Positions 9,191-17,400 of a stretch of DNA of 34,666 nucleotides are shown in pieces. Source of the stretch: a virus. Lineage: Duplodnaviria; Heunggongvirae; Uroviricota; Caudoviricetes. Under the pieces are notes generated by a model. The model ran no database searches and was not told the DNA's origin. It saw only the letters and a list, made by a program, of their open reading frames with translations. A program made the position numbers and the translations under genes. How positions within the stretch are numbered: position 1 is the first letter of the stretch; each line of letters begins with the position of its first letter. The stretch covers positions 1-34,666 of IMG/VR virus record IMGVR_UViG_3300045996_000470. The stretch is one strand, 5' to 3'.

Positions 9191-9374
9191 TTGAAATATA
9201 GTTGTAGGGGTCTGCAACTTGATACAAGGGGTCGTTTGAAGTGTAAGTAGAGATACTAGGCACTATATGGAGCGGCTGAAATAATCGGTAATACGTCCTC
9301 AATGTGGCAAGGCTGTCCTATAGAAGGAATGTAACTGCATCCACTACGTTAATTACGGACTTGTAATATTTCAA
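9191..9374 (+). ncRNA. Candidate multi-stem structured RNA between two tRNA-Arg genes
   Basis: Closing stem TTGAAATAT/ATATTTCAA plus several internal helices; no long ORF. Confidence 0.5.
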
Positions 9375-9380
9375 TTTTAT

Positions 9381-9469
9381 GCTCGTGTAGTTTAGATGGA
9401 GAAAATACACCGCTACGAACGGTGAGAGAGCGAAAGCCGTCGCAGGTTCGAGTCCTGCCACGAGTGCCA
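9381..9469 (+). tRNA. tRNA-Arg(ACG) with GCGAAAGC variable-arm hairpin
   Basis: GCTCGTG/CACGAGT, G73, CCA; CACCG-CTACGAA-CGGTG. Confidence 0.85.
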
Positions 9470-9490
9470 ATTTATTATCTGGAGGATAAC

Positions 9491-9751
9491 ATGAAGAAGT
9501 TACTAGGAATTTTATTTTTATCCGCGTTTTTAATGGCGTGTGATGACGGAAAGCCCAAGCCTCCGTTTGGGGTGGTACTTGATAGGGTAAACTATGCTGA
9601 AAAGCATGTCCTCAAGGTACAAATGGAAGAAGATAAGGCAATCAAGTATTGTGTAGTGGATGAAGATAACTTTGGTCATTACCCAACAGGAAAGAGGGCT
9701 TCCCTTTACGGAGAAGATTGTTCATACAATTCCCTCACAGAAATTAAATAA
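9491..9751 (+). CDS. Putative lipoprotein, 86 aa
   Basis: GGAGG SD; MKKLLGILFLSAFLMA-C lipobox; start moved from 9422, which lies inside the tRNA. Confidence 0.75.
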   Translation: MKKLLGILFLSAFLMACDDGKPKPPFGVVLDRVNYAEKHVLKVQMEEDKAIKYCVVDEDNFGHYPTGKRASLYGEDCSYNSLTEIK

Positions 9752-9830
9752 GCTCCTGTACCGGAACACTTTCCTAAAGTGTACAACCGTAATCGGAAGT
9801 ATGTGGGTTCGAGTCCCATCAGGAGTTCCA
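9752..9830 (+). tRNA. D-armless tRNA-Arg(CCT)-like gene
   Basis: GCTCCTG/CAGGAGT, CCA; only 7 nt (TACCGGA) between acceptor and ACACT-TTCCTAA-AGTGT; V-arm CCG-TAAT-CGG; normal T-arm. Confidence 0.65.
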
Positions 9831-9837
9831 GTTTATT

Positions 9838-10215
9838 ATGGACACATTAATTACAGTTCTAGCGTGGATGCTACTAGTTTGGGCAATAGTAGAAGTAGTA
9901 GTATCCGCCATTAAAGCACTCAGGGGACAAACTCAAGACACTTGGAAGGGCGGTAATGGGTGTAATTGGTTCAATGCCCCCGACAGGGAAGCTTGTTGCA
10001 CAGAGCATGACCGAGAATATAAAGCAGGTGGCTGGTATTTATCCAGACTTGGTGCTGACTGGCGTGTATTCAAATGCTCTTGGAAAGAAGGAGCTAAAAT
10101 CTATCCCTTCCTTTATTTTATAGGCTCCAGACTTGGGGGAATGTTTACTTTTCAGTGGGGAAAGAAGAGGCATGTTGACTACCCCACGGTAGAAAGCAAA
10201 GAAGAAAATGCATAA
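9838..10215 (+). CDS. Membrane-anchored protein with a PLA2/DUF1353-like CCxxHDxxY motif
   Basis: N-terminal hydrophobic helix; ACCTEHDREY...ADW motif. Confidence 0.55.
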   Translation: MDTLITVLAWMLLVWAIVEVVVSAIKALRGQTQDTWKGGNGCNWFNAPDREACCTEHDREYKAGGWYLSRLGADWRVFKCSWKEGAKIYPFLYFIGSRLGGMFTFQWGKKRHVDYPTVESKEENA

Positions 10216-10360
10216 AATATCTGATAAATTATTTACCTTGCTAATAAAAATTAGCTATAAGCTTCCCTTAAAATGGCAAGCAAAAATTTACTCTTATCTA
10301 ATGTCTAAGGCGTTAGAAGGACAAACTGGAAAGAAAATTCCTGTTAAGATTGAAATATAA
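10208..10360 (+). CDS. Small basic hypothetical protein, 50 aa
   Basis: Own translation MHKISDKLFTLLIKISYKLPLKWQAKIYSYLMSKALEGQTGKKIPVKIEI*; fills the gap exactly up to tRNA-Thr. Confidence 0.55.
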   Translation: MHKISDKLFTLLIKISYKLPLKWQAKIYSYLMSKALEGQTGKKIPVKIEI

Positions 10361-10436
10361 GCCGCTGTAGCACGTTCGGAAGTGCCCATCTTTGGTAAAG
10401 ATGAGGTAGTGGGTTCAAATCCCATCTGCGGCTCCA
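10361..10436 (+). tRNA. tRNA-Thr(GGT)
   Basis: GCCGCTG/CTGCGGC; CATCT-TTGGTAA-AGATG; GGTTCAAATCC; CCA. Confidence 0.9.
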
Positions 10437-10443
10437 AAAAATT

Positions 10444-11865
10444 ATGAAAAGACTAGTATCTATAGCACTTCTATTGATGTGTGCAGCAGTCTTCGTTACT
10501 GCCCAACCTAAGAAAAACTGGGAACCAGTTCCCGATTCCTACATCGTCGTAATCAAGAAAGACAGAGATTTAAAGAAAAACTTTGACAGAGGAAAAGGAA
10601 GACAAAAGAAAATACTTGCCCACTCCGTCCACGGTTATCTAGTCAAAATGTCTAAGGAAGAATTAGAAGAAACTAGAAAGAATCCAGATGTAGCGTTTAT
10701 TGAAGTAGATAGACATATTGCCCCTAATCAGACAGCCCCTATTTGGAATCTAGATAGAATTGACCAAGTAAACCTTCCTTTAGACGGTGTATTTAATTCT
10801 GTTAGGGACGGTAGAGGCGTTTCTGTGTATGTTATAGACTCAGGAATTAATTACTCCCACGTAGATTTTGAGGGTCGTGCATCTTTTGGTATGGATGCTA
10901 TGGGAGAAGATGGCGGAGATTGTCACGGACACGGTACTCACGTTGCAGGCACAATAGGTTCAGCGACTTACGGAGTTGCAAAGAAGGTCGATATTTATTC
11001 TACGAGAATTGCGGGGTGTGACGGGTTTTCTTATGTTTCCAGTTTATTACAAGCTGTAGACTGGATTAACGCTAACCACAAAAAACCTGCTGTAGCAAAC
11101 CTCAGTTATGGATTATCAGGAATCTCTCAAACCCTAACTCTAGCATTTGAAAGGGGGTATGACTACGGAGTAATTTATGTAGTCGCTGCTGGTAATTTGA
11201 ATAGAGATTCTTGTACATACAGTCCCTCTAATGTGCTAAAAAACATAGTAGTTGGCGCCTCTGCTTCCACCTCTACGGATGATTATAGAGCCGGATTTTC
11301 TAATTGGGGAGCTTGTGTAGATATTTTTGCTCCGGGCACTAACATTCTTTCTACTTACATTGGAAGCGATACTGCTGTGAGGGCTATGAACGGTACATCT
11401 ATGGCATCTCCAATGGTTGCAGGAGCAGTAGCCGCTCATTTAGGTATTCGTCCCTTAGATTCTCCAGACTTGGCGCAGAGCGTACTTATGTCTGAGTCTA
11501 GTAAAGACTTGTTAATAAATGTTCCGGCAGGAACATACAACAGATTTCTTTATACGGGGTACGGCATTCATCCAACTGAAAATTATGAAGTATGCGGTGA
11601 CACTAAGGAAAATGAAACTATTTTATTGGGAGAAACTAAAGAAGTAGCTTTTCTGGATGTGCGTGGGAATAGGACACTGACAGCTTCAGTTAGTCCTCAA
11701 TTAGGGTTGGGCGTCTTAATCCATTTGGAATCCTTAAAGGGAAGCAACTGGACTGCTGTTACCTCAGAGTCAACGAGTGTAACTCATACAGTAAAAAGAG
11801 GAAGGCACCGTTGGATGGCACGAAGTACATATGGAAGTGGTGCATTCAACTTCTGCCACAATTAA
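10444..11865 (+). CDS. Secreted S8 subtilisin-family serine protease (proteinase K/aqualysin-like) with I9 prodomain
   Basis: Signal peptide; catalytic motifs VIDSG, HGHGTHVAG and GTSMASP; WNLDRIDQ N-terminus of the mature domain; short C-terminal beta domain. Confidence 0.95.
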   Translation: MKRLVSIALLLMCAAVFVTAQPKKNWEPVPDSYIVVIKKDRDLKKNFDRGKGRQKKILAHSVHGYLVKMSKEELEETRKNPDVAFIEVDRHIAPNQTAPIWNLDRIDQVNLPLDGVFNSVRDGRGVSVYVIDSGINYSHVDFEGRASFGMDAMGEDGGDCHGHGTHVAGTIGSATYGVAKKVDIYSTRIAGCDGFSYVSSLLQAVDWINANHKKPAVANLSYGLSGISQTLTLAFERGYDYGVIYVVAAGNLNRDSCTYSPSNVLKNIVVGASASTSTDDYRAGFSNWGACVDIFAPGTNILSTYIGSDTAVRAMNGTSMASPMVAGAVAAHLGIRPLDSPDLAQSVLMSESSKDLLINVPAGTYNRFLYTGYGIHPTENYEVCGDTKENETILLGETKEVAFLDVRGNRTLTASVSPQLGLGVLIHLESLKGSNWTAVTSESTSVTHTVKRGRHRWMARSTYGSGAFNFCHN

Positions 11866-11870
11866 ACTCT

Positions 11871-11899
11871 TTGCAAACAGGCATCCAATGTGGTAGAAT
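11871..11899 (+). promoter_or_regulatory. Sigma70-type promoter (leaderless)
   Basis: TTGCAA-N17-TAGAAT; ATG 6 nt downstream. Confidence 0.6.
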
Positions 11900-11905
11900 A
11901 TTCGT

Positions 11906-12232
11906 ATGAAGATGCCGAAAGAAATCTCAATTGCTAGAGAGGCGTACTACAAAGCTTACGATAAAATCCAAGCTAAAGTTAGGGAGAATAAGCGCAAGTA
12001 TCTTGGCACAAAATTTGAAGACTGTCCTCCGCTTATCAAAGAGCAGGGACAGTTTTTTGTTAAAAAGGCATCCCTCGAAAAAACGAAAGAAAGATTAGAA
12101 AAGAAATACAAGAAAGAGATTCCCTCAACTTGGGTGTACTGGGTAACTTGGTATGAAACGAACAGCGTTCAAAAAGAAACCGTATCAGTGGACGATAAAG
12201 CCAAAAAAAGAAGGCAAGACCCTGATTCCTAA
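11906..12232 (+). CDS. Basic hypothetical protein, 108 aa
   Basis: ORF track; own promoter. Confidence 0.65.
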   Translation: MKMPKEISIAREAYYKAYDKIQAKVRENKRKYLGTKFEDCPPLIKEQGQFFVKKASLEKTKERLEKKYKKEIPSTWVYWVTWYETNSVQKETVSVDDKAKKRRQDPDS

Positions 12233-12587
12233 AAAAGAAACTAAGGATGAAGAGTGGCGTAGAATCAAAGTAGACATTCTAGACCCTTTCTTTAAAGCCA
12301 AGAACCTTTACAACGGGTGTGAATTATTGTTAGATGATATATGTATAGGGAATGTTCTCAAACTCTGTTATGCCCACTCTAAGAAGCGCGATGATATAGC
12401 CCTAGAAGAGCCACAGAGGACGCAGGAGCTGTGTGAAGTGGTAAGGGCATGTCCTAGCTGCCATAATTACATAGAGTACCTCCCAGAGCGTAAGGGGATT
12501 AGCGGTAAAGAGCAGATGTACAAAATAGTTACAGACGCAATATCTCGAAGAAACAGACGTTTAGCTAGGTGGAAACGGGTGACTTGA
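12153..12587 (+). CDS. Putative Zn-binding HNH-like protein, 144 aa
   Basis: GCE...C...AH.KKR...CPSCH motif; overlaps the upstream ORF by 80 nt. Confidence 0.5.
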   Translation: MKRTAFKKKPYQWTIKPKKEGKTLIPKKETKDEEWRRIKVDILDPFFKAKNLYNGCELLLDDICIGNVLKLCYAHSKKRDDIALEEPQRTQELCEVVRACPSCHNYIEYLPERKGISGKEQMYKIVTDAISRRNRRLARWKRVT

Positions 12588-12612
12588 CTTTTATACAGCG
12601 ATAGTCTATAAT
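12584..12612 (+). promoter_or_regulatory. Sigma70-type promoter
   Basis: TTGACT-N17-TATAAT. Confidence 0.75.
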
Positions 12613-12678
12613 GATTTTGTAAATTAAACACAGGAGAACAACTAAATGTTGTAGAATAAACAGAAGAAGGACAAAAAT

Positions 12679-13290
12679 ATGTTGAAGGGTAGAGTTTTAC
12701 TATTAAATGCGACTTACGAAGTGCTTGGCACAATTGGGGTTGCTAGGGCTATGAGGATGACTTTGAGAAAAGAAAACCCGGTAGTCGTACAGGAATACAT
12801 CCCTGACCGTTTTTTAACAAGCGGTAAGGGTGAAAAGTATCCTGTTCCTAGCGTTATCACGTTGAAGCATTTTGTAAATGTGCGTAAAAAGAGGCAAGAA
12901 TCTGGTGCGAAGAGAATGAAAATTTATCTTCGTGACAAGTATCAGTGTCAGTATTGCTCTGCCAAGGTGACTAAAAAGCATCCGCTACTTAAGAGAGTTC
13001 TTGAAGTTAAGGATTTAACTCTTGACCATATTACTCCTAAGAGTAGGGGCGGAAGTAACCTACCTTCTAACTTGGTAACGGCTTGTAAGCCTTGTAATCA
13101 GAGAAAGGCAGACAGAACTCCTGAGGAAGCTAAAATGCCTCTTAGGACTGAGATTCACGATATTACAAACGTAGGACTTGATAAACTTATGCTTTGTAAG
13201 TACGTTGAGCATCGTCCAGAATGGAAACCTTACCTTGAAATGCAAGAAGGTTTTAAGGAAATGTTTGAAGAGCTAGAAATGGCAGCTTAA
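12679..13290 (+). CDS. HNH endonuclease (McrA-like), 203 aa
   Basis: VLLLNATYEVL N-terminus; RDKYQCQYC...LTLDHITPKSRGG...NLVTACKPCNQRK. Confidence 0.92.
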   Translation: MLKGRVLLLNATYEVLGTIGVARAMRMTLRKENPVVVQEYIPDRFLTSGKGEKYPVPSVITLKHFVNVRKKRQESGAKRMKIYLRDKYQCQYCSAKVTKKHPLLKRVLEVKDLTLDHITPKSRGGSNLPSNLVTACKPCNQRKADRTPEEAKMPLRTEIHDITNVGLDKLMLCKYVEHRPEWKPYLEMQEGFKEMFEELEMAA

Positions 13291-13293
13291 ACT

Positions 13294-13689
13294 ATGAAGA
13301 AAATAAGTGCGAAGGAAGCCCGACAACAAGGGCTTCCTCATTATTTTACCGGAGTTCCTTGTGTCAAAGGACACATCACCAAAAGGTACGCAACAAATAA
13401 TAGATGCGTAATATGTTGTGACAATGTAAGGCGTAGGTGCGAAAGGAATAATATGGTCGCTACGTTAAGGGCGATTAAGAGGAGAGCGGCTAAATTAAAA
13501 AGAACTCCTTTGTGGTCGAATAAAGAAGAAATAGACCAGTTCTACTTGAACACACCAAGAGGAATGACTGTAGACCACATCATTCCCCTACAAGGTGAGT
13601 TGGTTAGTGGGCTTCACGTCCTTGATAATTTACAGTATCTTACTAAAGCAGAGAACTCTAGGAAAAAAAATAAATATGAAGTTGGTTAA
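13294..13689 (+). CDS. HNH endonuclease, 131 aa
   Basis: HYFTGVPCVKGH N-terminus; VDHIIPLQG..VSGLHV..NLQYLT..ENSRKKN. Confidence 0.88.
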   Translation: MKKISAKEARQQGLPHYFTGVPCVKGHITKRYATNNRCVICCDNVRRRCERNNMVATLRAIKRRAAKLKRTPLWSNKEEIDQFYLNTPRGMTVDHIIPLQGELVSGLHVLDNLQYLTKAENSRKKNKYEVG

Positions 13690-13737
13690 TCACGCATCAG
13701 GAGGAATTGCTCATTAGAAAACCATAGGAGGTATTTA

Positions 13738-14142
13738 ATGAGTCGTTCTTATAGAAAAAACGTTTTTAGTAGCATAGTTTGCTGCGGTTCTCACTCTATG
13801 AAACAGTGGAGAACACGGGAAAATCGTCGCCTACGTCATAATGCCAAGCAGATTATTAATATTTGCGAGAATTATGACAACCTTATCATTCCAGTTCTAA
13901 ATGATTACGATACCCTTTGGGGCAGTCCCCAAGATGGGCGTAAACGATATATCCCTAAACCTGCGTTGAATCAATGTGAACTTGATTTACAACGTTATCT
14001 TATAAGTTCCTTCCGTTGGTATGGAACGATTAGTGAAGAAAGGTTAGATAAACTTGTAAACAGCTTTAGACACGGAGGAAGAGACTGCGAGTGCTATTCC
14101 AACAAACGCCACTGTTCGTATTGGAAAATAAAGAGAAAATAG
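13738..14142 (+). CDS. Basic hypothetical protein (MSRSYRK-type), 134 aa, TAG stop
   Basis: AGGAGG SD; ORF track. Confidence 0.75.
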   Translation: MSRSYRKNVFSSIVCCGSHSMKQWRTRENRRLRHNAKQIINICENYDNLIIPVLNDYDTLWGSPQDGRKRYIPKPALNQCELDLQRYLISSFRWYGTISEERLDKLVNSFRHGGRDCECYSNKRHCSYWKIKRK

Positions 14143-14143
14143 C

Positions 14144-14172
14144 TTGACAGAATTCCTTTACTGTGCTATCCT
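14144..14172 (+). promoter_or_regulatory. Sigma70-type promoter for the tRNA-Ile/Thr pair
   Basis: TTGACA-N17-TATCCT with TG extended -10. Confidence 0.6.
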
Positions 14173-14184
14173 TCAGAATTCAAT

Positions 14185-14259
14185 GCATAGTTAGCTTAGT
14201 GGGAAAGCCCAGAGCTGATAACTCTGTGAGACTAGGTTCGATTCCTAGGCTATGCACCA
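14185..14259 (+). tRNA. tRNA-Ile(GAT)
   Basis: GCATAGT/GCTATGC, A73, CCA; CAGAG-CTGATAA-CTCTG. Confidence 0.9.
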
Positions 14260-14264
14260 ATTAA

Positions 14265-14334
14265 GCCTATGGTACTGGGTACGTAGAAGTTTCGTAAACT
14301 TCAAACCGGAGTTCGACTCTCCGTGTAGGCTCCA
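14265..14334 (+). tRNA. tRNA-Thr(CGT), 70 nt, miniature D-arm
   Basis: GCCTATG/TGTAGGC; D-arm GTAC-TGG-GTAC; GAAGT-TTCGTAA-ACTTC; CCA. Confidence 0.7.
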
Positions 14335-14346
14335 AATTATTGATTT

Positions 14347-14379
14347 AAGTCCATTAGAAATAATGGACTTTTATTTTTT
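14347..14379 (+). terminator. Intrinsic terminator
   Basis: AAGTCCATTA-GAAA-TAATGGACTT followed by a T-tract. Confidence 0.85.
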
Positions 14380-14388
14380 CTTTGTAAC

Positions 14389-14418
14389 TTGACTTCCTTT
14401 AAGTAAAGCAGCTATAAT
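14389..14418 (+). promoter_or_regulatory. Sigma70-type promoter of the tail-fibre gene
   Basis: TTGACT-N18-TATAAT; ATG 8 nt downstream. Confidence 0.65.
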
Positions 14419-14426
14419 GATTTACT

Positions 14427-17400
14427 ATGGCTATTTATCTCACTACTCAAGAATTAAGACAAGGCAGTTTAGGATTCAATTTAGGACTGCAATTCCATAT
14501 GCCGGGAAACTATAAACCCACGATTTTTGATGTGTGGCAAGTCAAAATAGTTTGCCCCGATGGGACAATCTTATTCAAAACAGATGATATAGGTATCGAC
14601 CATAAAGCAACAATTCCCACTATTTTTGTTCCCATCGTTGATTATGATTTAATTTTAGCAGGAACGTATTACTATCAAGTTTCCTTAATAACTGGGGGAG
14701 GTCTCGTTAATTCTTCTGTAGAATCTTTTGAAATTGAGCCTAGCATTCAAGAACAATTTGAGTACAGTATAATCTCTAGTAATTTTGGTCATTTTCCTAT
14801 TTACACAGTTGGAGGGGCTTTGGCTTCTTCCAATTTGCGTGTAGATGAAAACACTGCTTTGAATTATTCTGGAGGGGGAGCAGTTTTTAACGGGCAAGTC
14901 ACCTTAGCCGACGAAGCTTATGACCCTGTGTGGAATGGAAAGCTGGAAGCAGCAACTAAAAACGCAATTTATGACAAATTTCAGTCTTTAACTAAAGCAG
15001 ACGTAGGACTGGGGAATGTAGACAATACTTCTGATGCCAATAAACCTGTATCTATTGCCGCACAAGCTGCTCTTAATCTTAAATCCGACCTAGCAGGAGC
15101 TACTTTTACGGGGGCAGTCAATGTTCCTGATGAAGCTTATGGCGCTTTGTGGGAAGCTAACTCATCCGTTCCAACTAAAAATTCTATTTATGACTTAATA
15201 ACTTCTAATGCCATAGTAGGAAAATTCCTACACGCCTTTGATACAACAATAGATGGACAGACTTCTCCTTGGCCAGTAATTGCTCCTAGTGTTATACCAG
15301 AAAGGAAAATGGGGTTTGGTAGAGGAGGCATTAATCCTGATGGTTCAGGAGCAATTGCTCATATTTTAGTGCTTAATAGTGGGTATGGGTCAGCAGGAGA
15401 GTTGACAGACCATTATCAAGCCGCTTTGGCTGTGGCAGCGTCCCCTTTTACTTACGCTATGAGAGTCCTCAAAGCTCGTGGAGATGCTTCTACTTATGGA
15501 ACTGCTTATGCTAATGTGGTTTTAAATTTAAACACTGAAGAACCAACAACTATAAATTATTTACCTAAGTGGACAGCCCTTGAAGGGACAAGAATAGGAA
15601 GCTCTGATGTAGAAAATGTTAGTTTAGGAGTAATAAGAGTTCATAGAAGTGCCTCCGTTTATTCTCAAATCTGGTGCCAGACTAATGGAAGTACAGCTTT
15701 TTCTATCGTCGGTACGGGTAGTCCTCTTTTTAGTTTTAGTCACCCCGTTTCCATACAAACATCCGTTAGAATTAATCCGGGAACATTTAATCCCGGAACT
15801 TATAGTATAGATGCATGGAATGGAAATGCGGGTCCAACTCCTTTTGTTGCAGGAACTTACCTTGGAAATATGGATGGAGGAACTCCCCGACCTCCTGACC
15901 CTGCTTTAATTTTATCTAGGCGTGGAACTCCTAGTATAGCTAGGGATAACTACGCTGAATTTAAACTTGTCAGGTATGAAACTACTGGAGGAGGGGCACA
16001 GCACCCAAGAACCAGAATGGACATTGCTTTAACTCACACTGAAACAGATTCTGTGGGAGTAGATGTAATGTCTTTAAGAAGTGACGGACGAGTGGGAATA
16101 AATACAGTCACTCCTGCTTATATGCTTGAGGTAGTTGCTAAATCCACAACTGTGAGTGTTCTTAATGCTTCTGCTTTTAGTTCTAGTGGATACAATGCTA
16201 GGTACAGCGTACAAACTTCAGGGGCTGCGTGGTCTCATTGGATTGAAGACGGAGCATTTGGAGCAGATACAAATGCTTTTGTGTGGGATTCCACTGTCGG
16301 AGGTGGAGGTAGGGTTATATTTAACCACTTGGGAAGACTGGGACTAGGTCTAGGGTATGTTCCTGTGTTGGCGTCCATTCACGCGAGAGGAACTGGAGAC
16401 CATTTGAGACTAGAATACGATGGCTCTAATCGTATGTTATTAACTGTAGGGTCAACTGGAACTGTGACACTAGATGCAGTAGGTTCAGGTGCGGGGTTTG
16501 TATTTTCCGACAGTGTAACCGTTCCGGATGAAGTTTATGGAGTGGGATGGGACGGCAATCTGTCAGTTCCTACCAAGAATGCTCTTTACGATTTAATAAC
16601 CGCAACTACTTACAACTTCGGTCCAGTGGGTGATATAGACTTGTGGTACTTAGACCCCGCACCGTGGATATCTGGTTTGGAATCTCCTGTTTCGATTTCA
16701 ACTGGGACAACTGTATATGCTGTAACGGACAGTTTTGCCGGGCTAGAGCTTATCTCAGAGTTGACTGGGACGGGTGCGAGTAAGTTTTACATTGGGTCGT
16801 TGAATAACATCAATGTCCGAGGCGACCATACCAATAGTTGGATTTACGGCTTTTACAGTCTAGCGAACAATAGGTTCGCAACTGGAAGCGGAACCAAGAT
16901 AATTGGAGCTAATATAGCGGCACAGGTCGAAGCGGCTGCGGCCAGTGTTGTAGGAGCTAGTATCGGGGCAATTCGTGGAAACATTAATAGCACTCCCCTA
17001 ATTACTGGGTTAGAGGTCGTAGCGTATAACGGTTATTCTAATGCAACAGAATTAATTGCCCAGAAAATTACAATTGGAGGGCAATCATCACCAGCAACTG
17101 TTGCCCTTGGAAAAGCGTTACAGATTAGAGCAATTAATAGCGGTGGAGCACACGCATGGACGGAATTACGAGGCATATCCTTGGATACATGGACGTGGGG
17201 AGGAACAGAAACATGTGCCTTAAGTTATGGAATTTATGCAGATGCAACTATAGATAAAGGAACTACCAAATATTTTATTTATTCCCTTTCTACGAGTCCA
17301 AGTATATTCACTGGTTCTATAAGTGTTCCAGATGCGGCGTATGGAGCGGGCTGGGACGGTTCGTTAGAGGTTCCGACTAAGAATGCTGTTTATGATAAGA

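Noticed and set aside
9240-9262. GTAGAGATACTA resembling a group I intron R element
   Set aside because: No matching S element or P7 partner and no interrupted exon
9422-9490. ORF-track starts inside tRNA genes (9422, 20168, 24854)
   Set aside because: They overlap tRNA cloverleafs; downstream ATGs (9491, 20234, 24872) fit better
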